Assembly (NCBI GenBank): GCA_002726495.1
Contig: PBTH01000005.1
Location: 13,243 to 77,242 of the forward strand
Reading direction: 5' to 3'
DNA length: 64,000 nt
Source of the DNA: Methanobacteriota archaeon
GTDB taxonomy: Archaea; Thermoplasmatota; Poseidoniia; Poseidoniales; Poseidoniaceae
A model generated the notes under the pieces. It saw only the letters and a program-made list of their open reading frames with translations. It made no database searches and was not told where the DNA came from. The position numbers were made by a program, and so were the translations under genes. Below, in pieces: positions 25,398-34,600 of the stretch; positions within the stretch are counted from its first letter, which is position 1; each line of letters begins with the position of its first letter.

Positions 25398-26304
25398 GAC
25401 GGTTGTTGTGAACAAGAGCAGATACGGCCAGTAAGGCAATCACAGCCATCGGAGAAAGGAATGGGAGGCTATCATCTCCTTCTGATTCGTTGGATTCAGC
25501 AGGTTCATCAGGTTCTTCAGGGATTGGTATGATTTCGTAGATGAGGTGGATTTGGAGGTCGTTACCGTCGTGCGGCTCGGGAAGGGCGATCGTCGTATTT
25601 CCTTGCAATTCATCTCCCAATGCAATGATGTCACGAACAATGTGCGGATAGGTGCCAAGTCCGTTTGAACCTTCATCAAATTCCGCATGCCCTTCAACAA
25701 CCCACGCCGTAACATTAAGTGTTGAATTCTCAAGGTGCATTGCATCAATGTCAAGACTCCAAGTCACGATGCCTGACTGATCGTTGGTAGTCGAGGTCGG
25801 TGTCCAACTGAAGCTTGTTGTACCTTCGCCAAGTTGAAGGTCGTTAGAGGCAATGTTGGAGAATTCACTTTCCAACGAAGCCTCATCAGTAACGCTCCCG
25901 ATCTTTTTCATGGTACCGTTGAAGACAACGGCTGGAGGGGCGTTGCCCCCATACTTCGAGTTCCATCGCGCATCAATGTATTCAGAACCAAAAGGGTCTT
26001 GAGTTTCACCAATCGCTCTATGGACGTGGTATTGTTGAATATTTCCGCCGTTGGCCAGTACATCGTCCAATGCGTGTTCGACATCCACACAATTTTCACA
26101 CCACGTTGCGGTGTATACTTCAACAACGGCCGGAAGATCAGACAAATTTGTTGTGGAAACCGAGGTATTGTTTGCTTCGGCCCACTGTCCTCCAAACATC
26201 ATCCCATTGTTGAGCGGTTCAGCAGGCAATGCTGGTGCTACAGGGGCAAATAAGGCGAACAACATCAGCGTGGCTAACACCGGCATTACAGGGCGCATGA
26301 ACAC
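25369..26304 (-). CDS. exported, C-terminally anchored thioredoxin-fold protein (DUF1223-like CxxC)
   Basis: Signal peptide MFMRPVMPVLATLMLFALFAPVAPALPA. VVEVYTATWCENCVDVEHAL...QYHVHRAI...DPFGSEYIDARW...PPAVVFNGT parallels the DUF1223 pattern (VELFTSQGCSSCP...HVDYW...TPQ.VVNG). An acidic linker and the TM helix MAVIALLAVSALV follow. Confidence 0.55.
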   Translation of the reverse strand: MFMRPVMPVLATLMLFALFAPVAPALPAEPLNNGMMFGGQWAEANNTSVSTTNLSDLPAVVEVYTATWCENCVDVEHALDDVLANGGNIQQYHVHRAIGETQDPFGSEYIDARWNSKYGGNAPPAVVFNGTMKKIGSVTDEASLESEFSNIASNDLQLGEGTTSFSWTPTSTTNDQSGIVTWSLDIDAMHLENSTLNVTAWVVEGHAEFDEGSNGLGTYPHIVRDIIALGDELQGNTTIALPEPHDGNDLQIHLIYEIIPIPEEPDEPAESNESEGDDSLPFLSPMAVIALLAVSALVHNNRLNRTIRQVR

Positions 26305-26343
26305 CCCACCGGGAAGGCGGATATGAAACCGCCTTCTCTTTGC

Positions 26344-27504
26344 TTACTCTTCTGCACCATCTTCTACACCCTCATCCTTGGATGAGGAATCGAAGTCGGT
26401 TTCTTCAAGAGCTGAGAACATCTGTTGAGCTTCTGGTAGTTGACCGGTGGTGGCCTTGTGTTCGATGTCTTTCAAGCGATTTGTCAAGCCTGCTGGTGAA
26501 AGTCCGACTGCTCCAGCAACGCGTCCCAGGTTGCCATGGTTCAAACCAATCAAACACAGTGCGGCATACATGGCACATCCTGCAATAAAGGGGATGGCGA
26601 CGTTTGTCAGTGGCCCTTCAGCAGTTGGCTCTTCAAGGTCATTCATGATGTTCCAGAACACGGTATTGACGAGTTTCAACTCTTCCTCGTTGAGTTTTTC
26701 AGCAAGAGCGCGGTCAAGGTTCTCAGCGGCGATATCAAGTTTGTCAGCTCGCAATGCAGCTCGTGTGATGCCTTTTGGAGCTGCGACCCATTTTTGTCGT
26801 AGGCGGGCTTTGTAGGACTTCATGATGGTGGATTTGGCGTTCTTGAATTGTTGTTCAGTTATGTTGTACTGAGCCATCACCACTTGGGGGTTAAATGCAG
26901 GTGTGCGGAGCCACTCATGAGAGATGACTGCGATGGCCAATGCAATGATTTGCAGGTTGTCTTGATGTGTTTCCCCTCGCAATTCACGCTTCTTACGAGT
27001 GATGGATGTCTTGGGGCAGCTGAGTTTGGCCTGTTCACCGGGAGTCAATGTTCGACGGACTGCTTCTTGCTCAGGTGACAACTTTCGGCAAGCAGCGTCA
27101 ACAAGATGAGTGGTTGCTCGTGCCAAATTGTCTCCAAACATTCGGGCAAGGGTCAATTTGACCTCGCGACACATAGGGTCTTTCTCACGCTGACTGGAAC
27201 GGTCAGCACGACCCAAGCGAATAAACAAAGCACGCTGGGCTGATGTAAGGCGTCTGCCAGCGTGGTCGGTTCGGTCACCAAAGGGATTCATTCGACCGCC
27301 TTGGGCTGCATTTGGGTTGTTGGCGAAAACATCCAATGCTTCCTGTGTGCGCTCTTCACCCATGCTGATGGAGCTGTTGGTGTCTGCATCATTGGTATAG
27401 TTGTCAATTGCAAGGCCGCATGCCTGGCAAGTCATCTCTGCTCGGGCATCATCAACATCAAATTCAGTTCCGCCGCAATCTTCGCATTCATGTTTGTATT
27501 CCAT
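26344..27504 (-). CDS. tfb: transcription initiation factor B (TFB/TFIIB-like), divergent and extended
   Basis: N-terminal Zn ribbon CEDCGGTEFDVDDARAEMTCQACG. B-reader/linker-like RRLTSAQRALFIRLGRADRSSQ. Two cyclin-like repeats (LARATTHLVDAACRK; IAGCAMYAALCLIGLNHGNLGRVAGAVGLSPAGLTNRLKDI). It also has internal insertions and an acidic tail. Confidence 0.7.
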   Translation of the reverse strand: MEYKHECEDCGGTEFDVDDARAEMTCQACGLAIDNYTNDADTNSSISMGEERTQEALDVFANNPNAAQGGRMNPFGDRTDHAGRRLTSAQRALFIRLGRADRSSQREKDPMCREVKLTLARMFGDNLARATTHLVDAACRKLSPEQEAVRRTLTPGEQAKLSCPKTSITRKKRELRGETHQDNLQIIALAIAVISHEWLRTPAFNPQVVMAQYNITEQQFKNAKSTIMKSYKARLRQKWVAAPKGITRAALRADKLDIAAENLDRALAEKLNEEELKLVNTVFWNIMNDLEEPTAEGPLTNVAIPFIAGCAMYAALCLIGLNHGNLGRVAGAVGLSPAGLTNRLKDIEHKATTGQLPEAQQMFSALEETDFDSSSKDEGVEDGAEE

Positions 27505-27540
27505 TTTTGTTCACTTCCTCTTATACAGTCTCGTTACAGG

Positions 27541-27547
27541 TTATAAA
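27541..27547 (-). promoter_or_regulatory. candidate TATA box for the tfb-like gene
   Basis: The coding-strand sequence upstream of ATG 27504 reads GACCTTTATAACCTGTAACGAGACTGTATAAGAGGAAGTGAACAAAAATG. TTTATAA lies about 37-44 nt upstream, and GAGG provides a Shine-Dalgarno-like element. This is pattern-based only. Confidence 0.3.
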
Positions 27548-27618
27548 GGTCGGGATTTTCTCCGCCCTCCAAAGTCACCTTTCTATTCAAGACATATTCT
27601 TATTATCATACACACTAT

Positions 27619-27819
27619 TTAAAGGTAACGCTTAATTGCCCACTTGCCACGAAACGATAAAAGCCGATATTCACCAGAGATTACGACTTTTGTCCCCCCT
27701 TTTACCACATATCTCCTGGCCAGATCATGTCCGTGAGAGTACGCCATCAAGGTCGCCGTATTAAACATGAACGCTTCTAATTCAAGCAAACCACTGTTTT
27801 CGCCTGTGGTCGTTTTCAC
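27619..27819 (-). CDS. questionable small ORF (66 aa) in the tfb / addB-like intergenic gap
   Basis: It is the only ORF in an otherwise unassigned 366-bp gap. No motif is recognised, and the region could equally be non-coding. Confidence 0.2.
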   Translation of the reverse strand: MKTTTGENSGLLELEAFMFNTATLMAYSHGHDLARRYVVKGGTKVVISGEYRLLSFRGKWAIKRYL

Positions 27820-27870
27820 ACACCACCTTCAATAAGGGTCGCCGTTTTCTTCAAAGCGGGGGTTGAAAAA

Positions 27871-30800
27871 TTGTCGGATTCAAGAATAAGTTCCGAATTT
27901 ATCCCCGCTGGTCGCGGCCTTCCGTCATGGGCTTTGGAGGCTCTTTGCGCTAAGGACTCAGCGACAGTTATGGTCATTCATCCAACGGAACAACATCGTA
28001 AAGACACCCTCGAATCTCTTCATCAACGAGGAAGTTCTCCGAACCCCCAACTTCATGTCACACTCAATCAACTTCTGCGTTTACTGCACGTTGATTTTCG
28101 TTTGCCCGTTCTTTTGGATGACGAAGCCTCATCATTTATGGGGATTCATAAGCGATGTGCTGTTGCAGCTGAACAACATAAATTCCCTCTGCTTCATACC
28201 GGTGCAAACGGCAATTGGACTATGAAAAAAACACAACGCCTGCAGCACTTGCATGGCCACTTAAGTTCCCTCCTCAATCCGTTTGATTGGGAGAACAACC
28301 CAGGAATTGATGCTTACGAGAAGATTCTTCGTTCGTTTGAACGGGAGCATGGAGGTACGCTTCCAGTCCTCCTTCCGCGGCATGTCCTTGGGGCTCTTGA
28401 CGGTTCAGATACAGTACCGTTTCACTTCTCTCATCTCGACGGTATTCTCCTTCTTGATCACGCTCCAGATTTCACAGAACTTGAGCGCGCTATTCTCATT
28501 TCACTCTCACGCTTCATACCGGTCCATCAATTGATTAATCCGGGTTCATTTCGCCTTGGCCATCATGGAGCATTTCTCGTCGATGAGTATCCTTGTGACC
28601 AAGAGTCACTTCCGAGTTGGGTGCCGCAACATACAGTTTGGACACCAAGCGATGATTCATGGAGGTCGCCTATTGGGTTTGAACACGATACCAACTTTAC
28701 GCGTATAGCAATTGATGACCGAGTCCAAACCGTGAACGCTGCACTTGAATTCATCGATCAATATCGTCGTCAATCTTCGGGAAGAGTCCTCATCATTGAC
28801 GGCGCTGCCAGAGACCGAGCACACCTTTGGTCTCAATCACTTGCGACATTGGGCATCCAATGGAATGCAGCGTCGGATTCCCTGAATGGGCAGCCTCTGT
28901 TTCACGCTCTTTTGCAAGCAGCTCGCTTGTCTCAAGGAATGAGTGCATGGGGGCTCAACGCTCTTTACTCAATGATGGATTCTACATCTTTACCTCTTGC
29001 AGAAGACATGTATCCGGATTTGTTGCATCCAACAGAGGAATCATGGCGGCCAAGACCGCATCAGGACGTCCTGCAAGGTATGGCTCAGCAATTTCACGTA
29101 CTTGGTGGCCCTGGCGCCATTTCACGATGGGTTGGTGCGCTTTCTCGTGCAAAACCTTCTGCTACCGACCGAAATCCTAGGGAGCGCGAGCAAGCACTTG
29201 AAGAAACGCAATGGTGGATTTCATGCCTGCTCCATTCGTGGAAACCATTGCTCATGGGCGAGGACATTCACATGTTGAAGTACGATGTATTTGGATGCAG
29301 TTCTGGAGCTGAACTCCCCCTCCCTCCTTCTCCCGATAACGGGACTTCATGGCTCATACAATTTGTAAAATGGCTTGACTTCGATGAACTATCACATCGA
29401 AAGGCCCCCTTTGATCGAAGTTTGGGGACATTCCACACCCTTTTGGAATCCATTCAAAGAATTCAATCTACAATGAAACAAGAGGGGGTATCGTCGTCCT
29501 TTGATGGTACTGAATTTATTGAATTGCTCACCTATATTGGGCAGATCACGACGCTTTCAAGCACGCACATCAAGACATCAGGGATTGAAGTATTGACTCC
29601 AAAAGAAGCGATAGGACTTGAAGCAGATTTGATTATTTTAGCAGGACTTGATGTTGACGCATGGGTGATGAAATCTTCAGTTGTTCCATGGTTGGATGCA
29701 AAGGCTCAACTCGAGCTTGGCATGTTTCAAACAGATTTACTCATACGTCAGGGGCGTCATCACATCAAGCATTTACTCAATGCCGCGCCTCTGGTGGTCA
29801 TGTTTGATTCTACACATGAAGATGGAGGCGGGCCAAGCGCCCCCTTTGGAGAATGGTTGGCCGATGTACGGCGTTCAGGCGAATGGGATGCGATGCGCTC
29901 ACCCCCTCCATTCATACCAACTTCAACCTATCAAGGTGAATCTCCCTCAAGGCGTTGGGAATGGAAATCAAGAGAACTCGGGCAAGGCAGTTGGCTTTGC
30001 CCTAGAACCTCATGGGTTGCGGATGAAGACGATAAGCGTCGCACCATTCGTCATGGGCCCTTTCCTCGCGATGCGCGTCAACAATTAGGTATGGACCTCA
30101 AACATTCCATTCAGCCCCGAACAACAAGCAATCATTCAGCAGCGCTGATCAACTCCTTTGAGGCATCAATTCAGAACGACCGTAAGCAGCGAGAACCCTC
30201 GCTGAAAGCAATTGAAGCAGGCACTTCGCTTTCTTGGGAGCATCGTTCACATCTTCTCCACATTGACACCTTGAATCTCAGGCCCACTCATTCTTCGTCA
30301 AAAGCCCCTGGCTCCACGGCAGCCCAATGGCCTCACCTTGGCCACAGGGAAGAAAAGGTCGTTTCTCTGAGTGTTGACCCGCGACCACTCCCCGCATATT
30401 CCAACGAAGCTCTCTCCATGAATCACCGGTTTGGCATGATCGATGCCTCGCTTAACCGAGGTGTTTGGTCACCAAGTCGTCTTGAGAAGTGGCTTCAGTG
30501 CCCCAGAGGCGCATGGGTCACCCAATTTCTGCATGCACAGAACGAGGATGAAGGTATTTCAGAAGATGTAGATTTCAGAATTCGCGGTATACTTGCACAT
30601 GAAGTCGCGGGGGCTCTTCTTACCGGCCATGGTGTGTCGGTGAGTGGGCCTGACTTGGAACGAATCGAACCTCTTCATCAAGGCCCGATGGGGGATCTTG
30701 CCGCAGGGTGGGATACGATATTGGCCTATCTCAATGAGCATGTACAATGGCTTGGACGCCATAATGCGGTATCTGTCCACCGAACCCGAGACCTCATTGA

Positions 30801-31605
30801 TGCAACCCCTGCACAATGGAATGAATACCAAGAATCGGGTGAGCCGATTTCACCAAGAGGGCGCCTGTTCCGAATGTATGAATCTGACCTCACACTGGAA
30901 CATGCAGCGCCGATAGCATGCGAGTGGAAAGCACTCCTTGGGAAAAAGAGCGTCACCATCGATGCGTCAGATGACAACGACCAACCCTCATCGTTCGAGA
31001 TGTTTGGTTATGCAGACCGAGTTGATGTTGTTGTTCTCAACGAAGAACAGCAACGGATCCTCACAGAAGCAGGGTTGCTTGATGTTTCATCCGAAGCCCC
31101 AAAACCAGCTCCGTTGGATGGAACTCCATATGCAGCAAAGCGACTGGTCATCATTCGCGACCTGAAAACAGTCCGAGGCCCGGCTATCAAAAAGCGAGGG
31201 CTACGTCATTTACGTTGCCTGTTTGAAGAATTACAACTTGCATTGTATGCAAGGGCATGGGAGATCACTCACCCAGGAGACCGAGTGATCGGTGTCGGTG
31301 CTACTGAAATCGGAGAGTTAACAACTCATTATGTCGAACTGGATGATGACATTGCCTCCATTAGTGAAGAATTACAAGTGGGCGTCACCACCCGACACCT
31401 TCCACTTCATTTCCCAAGTGTTGAAGCAAAAGGTCAGTACCGTTCATCGTTCCGAACATGGATGTATGAGCGACTCAAAACCGCTCAACGCGGCATTAGT
31501 GCAGCGAATGACGGCCAAGTCAACCCGACGCCGGGAACACATTGCAACTATTGTGTCGTGCGTCAATCTTGCTCGGTATCATCGTTTTCAGGAGGGTCCT
31601 ATTGA
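27871..31605 (+). CDS. AddB-like subunit of a helicase-nuclease complex: no P-loop, C-terminal Cas4/AddB-type 4-Cys PD-(D/E)XK nuclease
   Basis: C-terminal nuclease motifs occur in canonical order: SPSRLEKWLQCPRGAWVTQFL (first Cys), RGILAHEVAGALL, GYADRVDVV, LVIIRDLKT (D-x-K), ELQLALYARAW (QxxxY) and CNYCVVRQSC (CxxCx5C). I see no GxxxxGK(T/S) motif anywhere. TTG start preceded by GGGGGT. The stop overlaps the next gene's ATG. Confidence 0.75.
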   Translation: MSDSRISSEFIPAGRGLPSWALEALCAKDSATVMVIHPTEQHRKDTLESLHQRGSSPNPQLHVTLNQLLRLLHVDFRLPVLLDDEASSFMGIHKRCAVAAEQHKFPLLHTGANGNWTMKKTQRLQHLHGHLSSLLNPFDWENNPGIDAYEKILRSFEREHGGTLPVLLPRHVLGALDGSDTVPFHFSHLDGILLLDHAPDFTELERAILISLSRFIPVHQLINPGSFRLGHHGAFLVDEYPCDQESLPSWVPQHTVWTPSDDSWRSPIGFEHDTNFTRIAIDDRVQTVNAALEFIDQYRRQSSGRVLIIDGAARDRAHLWSQSLATLGIQWNAASDSLNGQPLFHALLQAARLSQGMSAWGLNALYSMMDSTSLPLAEDMYPDLLHPTEESWRPRPHQDVLQGMAQQFHVLGGPGAISRWVGALSRAKPSATDRNPREREQALEETQWWISCLLHSWKPLLMGEDIHMLKYDVFGCSSGAELPLPPSPDNGTSWLIQFVKWLDFDELSHRKAPFDRSLGTFHTLLESIQRIQSTMKQEGVSSSFDGTEFIELLTYIGQITTLSSTHIKTSGIEVLTPKEAIGLEADLIILAGLDVDAWVMKSSVVPWLDAKAQLELGMFQTDLLIRQGRHHIKHLLNAAPLVVMFDSTHEDGGGPSAPFGEWLADVRRSGEWDAMRSPPPFIPTSTYQGESPSRRWEWKSRELGQGSWLCPRTSWVADEDDKRRTIRHGPFPRDARQQLGMDLKHSIQPRTTSNHSAALINSFEASIQNDRKQREPSLKAIEAGTSLSWEHRSHLLHIDTLNLRPTHSSSKAPGSTAAQWPHLGHREEKVVSLSVDPRPLPAYSNEALSMNHRFGMIDASLNRGVWSPSRLEKWLQCPRGAWVTQFLHAQNEDEGISEDVDFRIRGILAHEVAGALLTGHGVSVSGPDLERIEPLHQGPMGDLAAGWDTILAYLNEHVQWLGRHNAVSVHRTRDLIDATPAQWNEYQESGEPISPRGRLFRMYESDLTLEHAAPIACEWKALLGKKSVTIDASDDNDQPSSFEMFGYADRVDVVVLNEEQQRILTEAGLLDVSSEAPKPAPLDGTPYAAKRLVIIRDLKTVRGPAIKKRGLRHLRCLFEELQLALYARAWEITHPGDRVIGVGATEIGELTTHYVELDDDIASISEELQVGVTTRHLPLHFPSVEAKGQYRSSFRTWMYERLKTAQRGISAANDGQVNPTPGTHCNYCVVRQSCSVSSFSGGSY

Positions 31606-34600
31606 TGGTTGATTTCAACAACAGCCAACGCCTTGGCTTGGATTTGGATAAGCACATCGCACTGGATGCCGGCGCAGGTACGGGGAAGACCACTGTTATG
31701 GCGGAACGCTATGTTCAGCACTTGTTAGCCACTGAACAACGTGCGACTCATTTGACGCCTCCAGGGCCTCGTGTGCCTTTGGTTGGTCACGGCTCTTTGC
31801 GTGCTCCCAAAAGGGAGCGAACCGATGTAGAGGCATGGACTGGGCTGCTGCCCTCAGAAGTTGTCGCGATTACATTTACTCGTAAGGCAGCTGCAGAACT
31901 CAAAGCAAGAATACGAAACCGTCTTGCTCAAAGCAGAGCACACCCTCCAAAAGAAGATGACATCGATGGTATATTTGACCCGAGGGTCCGTGAGGATGCA
32001 GATGTTGAAATGCTTCTGTCAAGTATTGACGAAGCACCGATTTCAACAATTGATGCCTTCCTTCATCGCCTGGTTCGCCCGTATATCGACCTCGTAACGC
32101 TCTATCCAGCCAGCGATCAAGTTCCTGAAGAGCGGGCTCCCTTGATGATGCGCGATACCATGCACGCTCTTTGGCGTATTCGCTCAACAGATGACGCCTC
32201 GGATGCGGGAGTTTTGAACCATCAACATGAATTCATACAATCTCGCAATCGTCTTGTGACTCGGTTGGGCGGACAAGAACCCGCAGAGGTCGTTATCAAC
32301 GGTTTGTTGAATACATCCCTTTTCGTTGAACAATCACATCGTTCCATGATTCAGCGTGCTCAAGATTTGGGATTCTCTTGGAACGGCAGAGGGCCTGCGC
32401 CTGTTACGCTGCTTTTGGACATGATTGCAGAACCCATTGCAGACGACCTCCCGAGTTTCATGAACCGGTTTGCCCCTCTGTTGCAATCATGGATTGGACT
32501 GTTTTTGCCTCATCTCTCAAGATGCACTGAGCCTGTAGAGAATGAATTGGGCACATCATTAACCCGTTTCAACCACCTTGCTCGGCTGGTGAGCACTGGC
32601 ATTCCAGAACGACCGGCTGACCAGTTGGTTTGGATGTGGAAAGCGATGATCGGCCTCGCAGGTTCGTCAGGGCTCAAAGCAAAACCTTGCGGTTATTTCC
32701 CACGTAACAACCTCCCTTCAACAGAAAAATGGCCTGGTGGGTTGCTTTCCAAAACAGGCGTAAAAGGCATGAACGGTGGAGACCGTGACGACCTTTTTGC
32801 GCAAAGCGTGTATCTGCAAAGCGAAATGAAGAGGGAACTGCATTCACCAGTTGGAGTTCTCATTCGTCTTTTGGCGGAATCAGCGTTTTTACTCAATCCG
32901 GGCGATGGGTACGATGGCATGCCGTTGGACTCTCCCCTTCGCTTGACCCCCTTGCCACCAACAATTGGCCCTACGCCTGTTGAAGGAGGTACGTATGTAT
33001 CAGGCGATCTGCAAATGGAGATCTTGAGTGACCTCATCACGGTTCACAAAGGCTGTCATCAAATTCTCGCAAGAAGAAAATCATTGGAAGGGATGCATGA
33101 CTTTGACGATATTCAGAGGTTTGCAGCAGACCTGCTTCTTGCTAGATGCCCGGATACATGCCGCCATCTCTACCCTCCCGAAGTCATTGACATCTTGGAT
33201 GGTTTAGGTGATGAACCATGGAGTGACGACCATATTTCTAGAGCGATTACGTTGTTGAACGACCAACCGTCACTTCAAGCAGACCTTCATCGCAGGTTTG
33301 CGATTTTGGGGGAACTTCGGCGCCAATTCCGAGCGTTTATCATCGACGAATATCAAGATACAAACCCATCCCATTACCGTCTTCTCGCCCGTCTATGGGG
33401 CCGTAGAGCGCGACACAGTGACGACCCTCCACGGCCTCTTGGTGCTTGGGACCCAACGGTCTGCATCGTCGGGGATATGAAGCAAAGCATCTACAGATTC
33501 CGACAAGCGGAAGTCTCGGTAATGCGACGTGCAGTTGCAATGATTCGAAACTGTAACGTCGTTGAAGAAAATGAAACAAGCCTCAATCATCTGCGCAGTA
33601 GTGGAGAAGGAAGAGACCCACGGCCTGTAGGGGCTGGTGGTGAGACGGGCTCTTACAGCAATGAACACGAGGTGAGAGAATCTGCGCCTCATAGTTATGT
33701 TCCCTATGCTTGGGAGGACGGCCAAACGACTTCAACCATAACCGGTGAACGCCTTGAACGAAGGCAACAAGGCCACATAGATTTGACTTCAAATCACCGC
33801 ACTCGCCCGAATTTAATGGAGACGATGAACGACATTTTTGATGAAGTATTTGCGCCTCACCACCATGCTTTACCAGGAGATTGGCATGCTGAATCACAAC
33901 GCCTCCATCCAGCCCGAGTCACCGAAGATCCCGGCGTATTGGAATGGCTTTTACCCATTCAAGGAGCCTTACAAAACGCCTCGTTTGACCTCGATGTCCC
34001 CTTGAATACATTTGAAAATCCAAATGCGACGAGCGTTCAACTGGAGCACGAGCTTCTTTCACATCGTCTCCACTCCTTGCTCAACTCTGAGAATTCCCGA
34101 GTTTGGAATCCAGATGAAGGAGATTGGCATAATGTTGAGGAGACGGGTGTTGAAATCCGACCTGAGGATGTTATGATTCTCATCAATTCACGACGGCATC
34201 TTCCTGATCTTCTTGAACGGCTGAGGGCGCGTAATATTCCCGTTATGGCCGATAGGCAGGGATTGTTGCTCATGCAACCGGTCATACAACCGCTGATGGC
34301 TGTATTGGAACTCATGGCTCATCCATATTCCACAAAGGCAGGAATTGAACTTGCTCGCTCGGCAGTGATTGGGATGAGTGAAACTCAAGTTCATTCAGCG
34401 TTCAGTCAACTGGATGATGAGCGATCAACATGGCAGGTTCTTCTTGAACACGCACCAAATGAAGCGATTGCCTCACTTCTCGCCCACCTGCATCAACTCG
34501 CTTCTTGGGGGGCCATTTACGATGTCATAGATGCAATTCTTGACCATTCTGATTTGCTGGTTGCCTTTTGCAGCGATGCAGAGCGGCAACATGCAGAGGC

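Noticed and set aside
25369-25470. Possible PGF-CTERM/archaeosortase sorting signal at the C-terminus of the DUF1223-like protein (LPFLSPMAVIALLAVSALVHNNR...)
   Set aside because: There is no PGF tripeptide. The TM helix is followed by about 14 more residues rather than a short basic stub, and the two giant proteins have long cytoplasmic tails instead. The evidence is not convincing.
27619-27819. RelE/ParE-like toxin resemblance of the 66-aa ORF (…VVISGEYRLLSFRGKWAIKRYL)
   Set aside because: There is only a vague Y-R-hydrophobic pattern, with no partner antitoxin ORF and no conserved catalytic residues. It is kept only as a low-confidence ORF.
31542-31604. An upstream extension of the AddA-like ORF (ORF-track start 31542) overlapping the AddB-like gene by 64 nt
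   Set aside because: The extension encodes only a hydrophobic nonsense-like peptide. The ATG at 31605 forms a classic TGATG stop/start overlap and sits 24 codons before the Walker A region, as in UvrD-family proteins.
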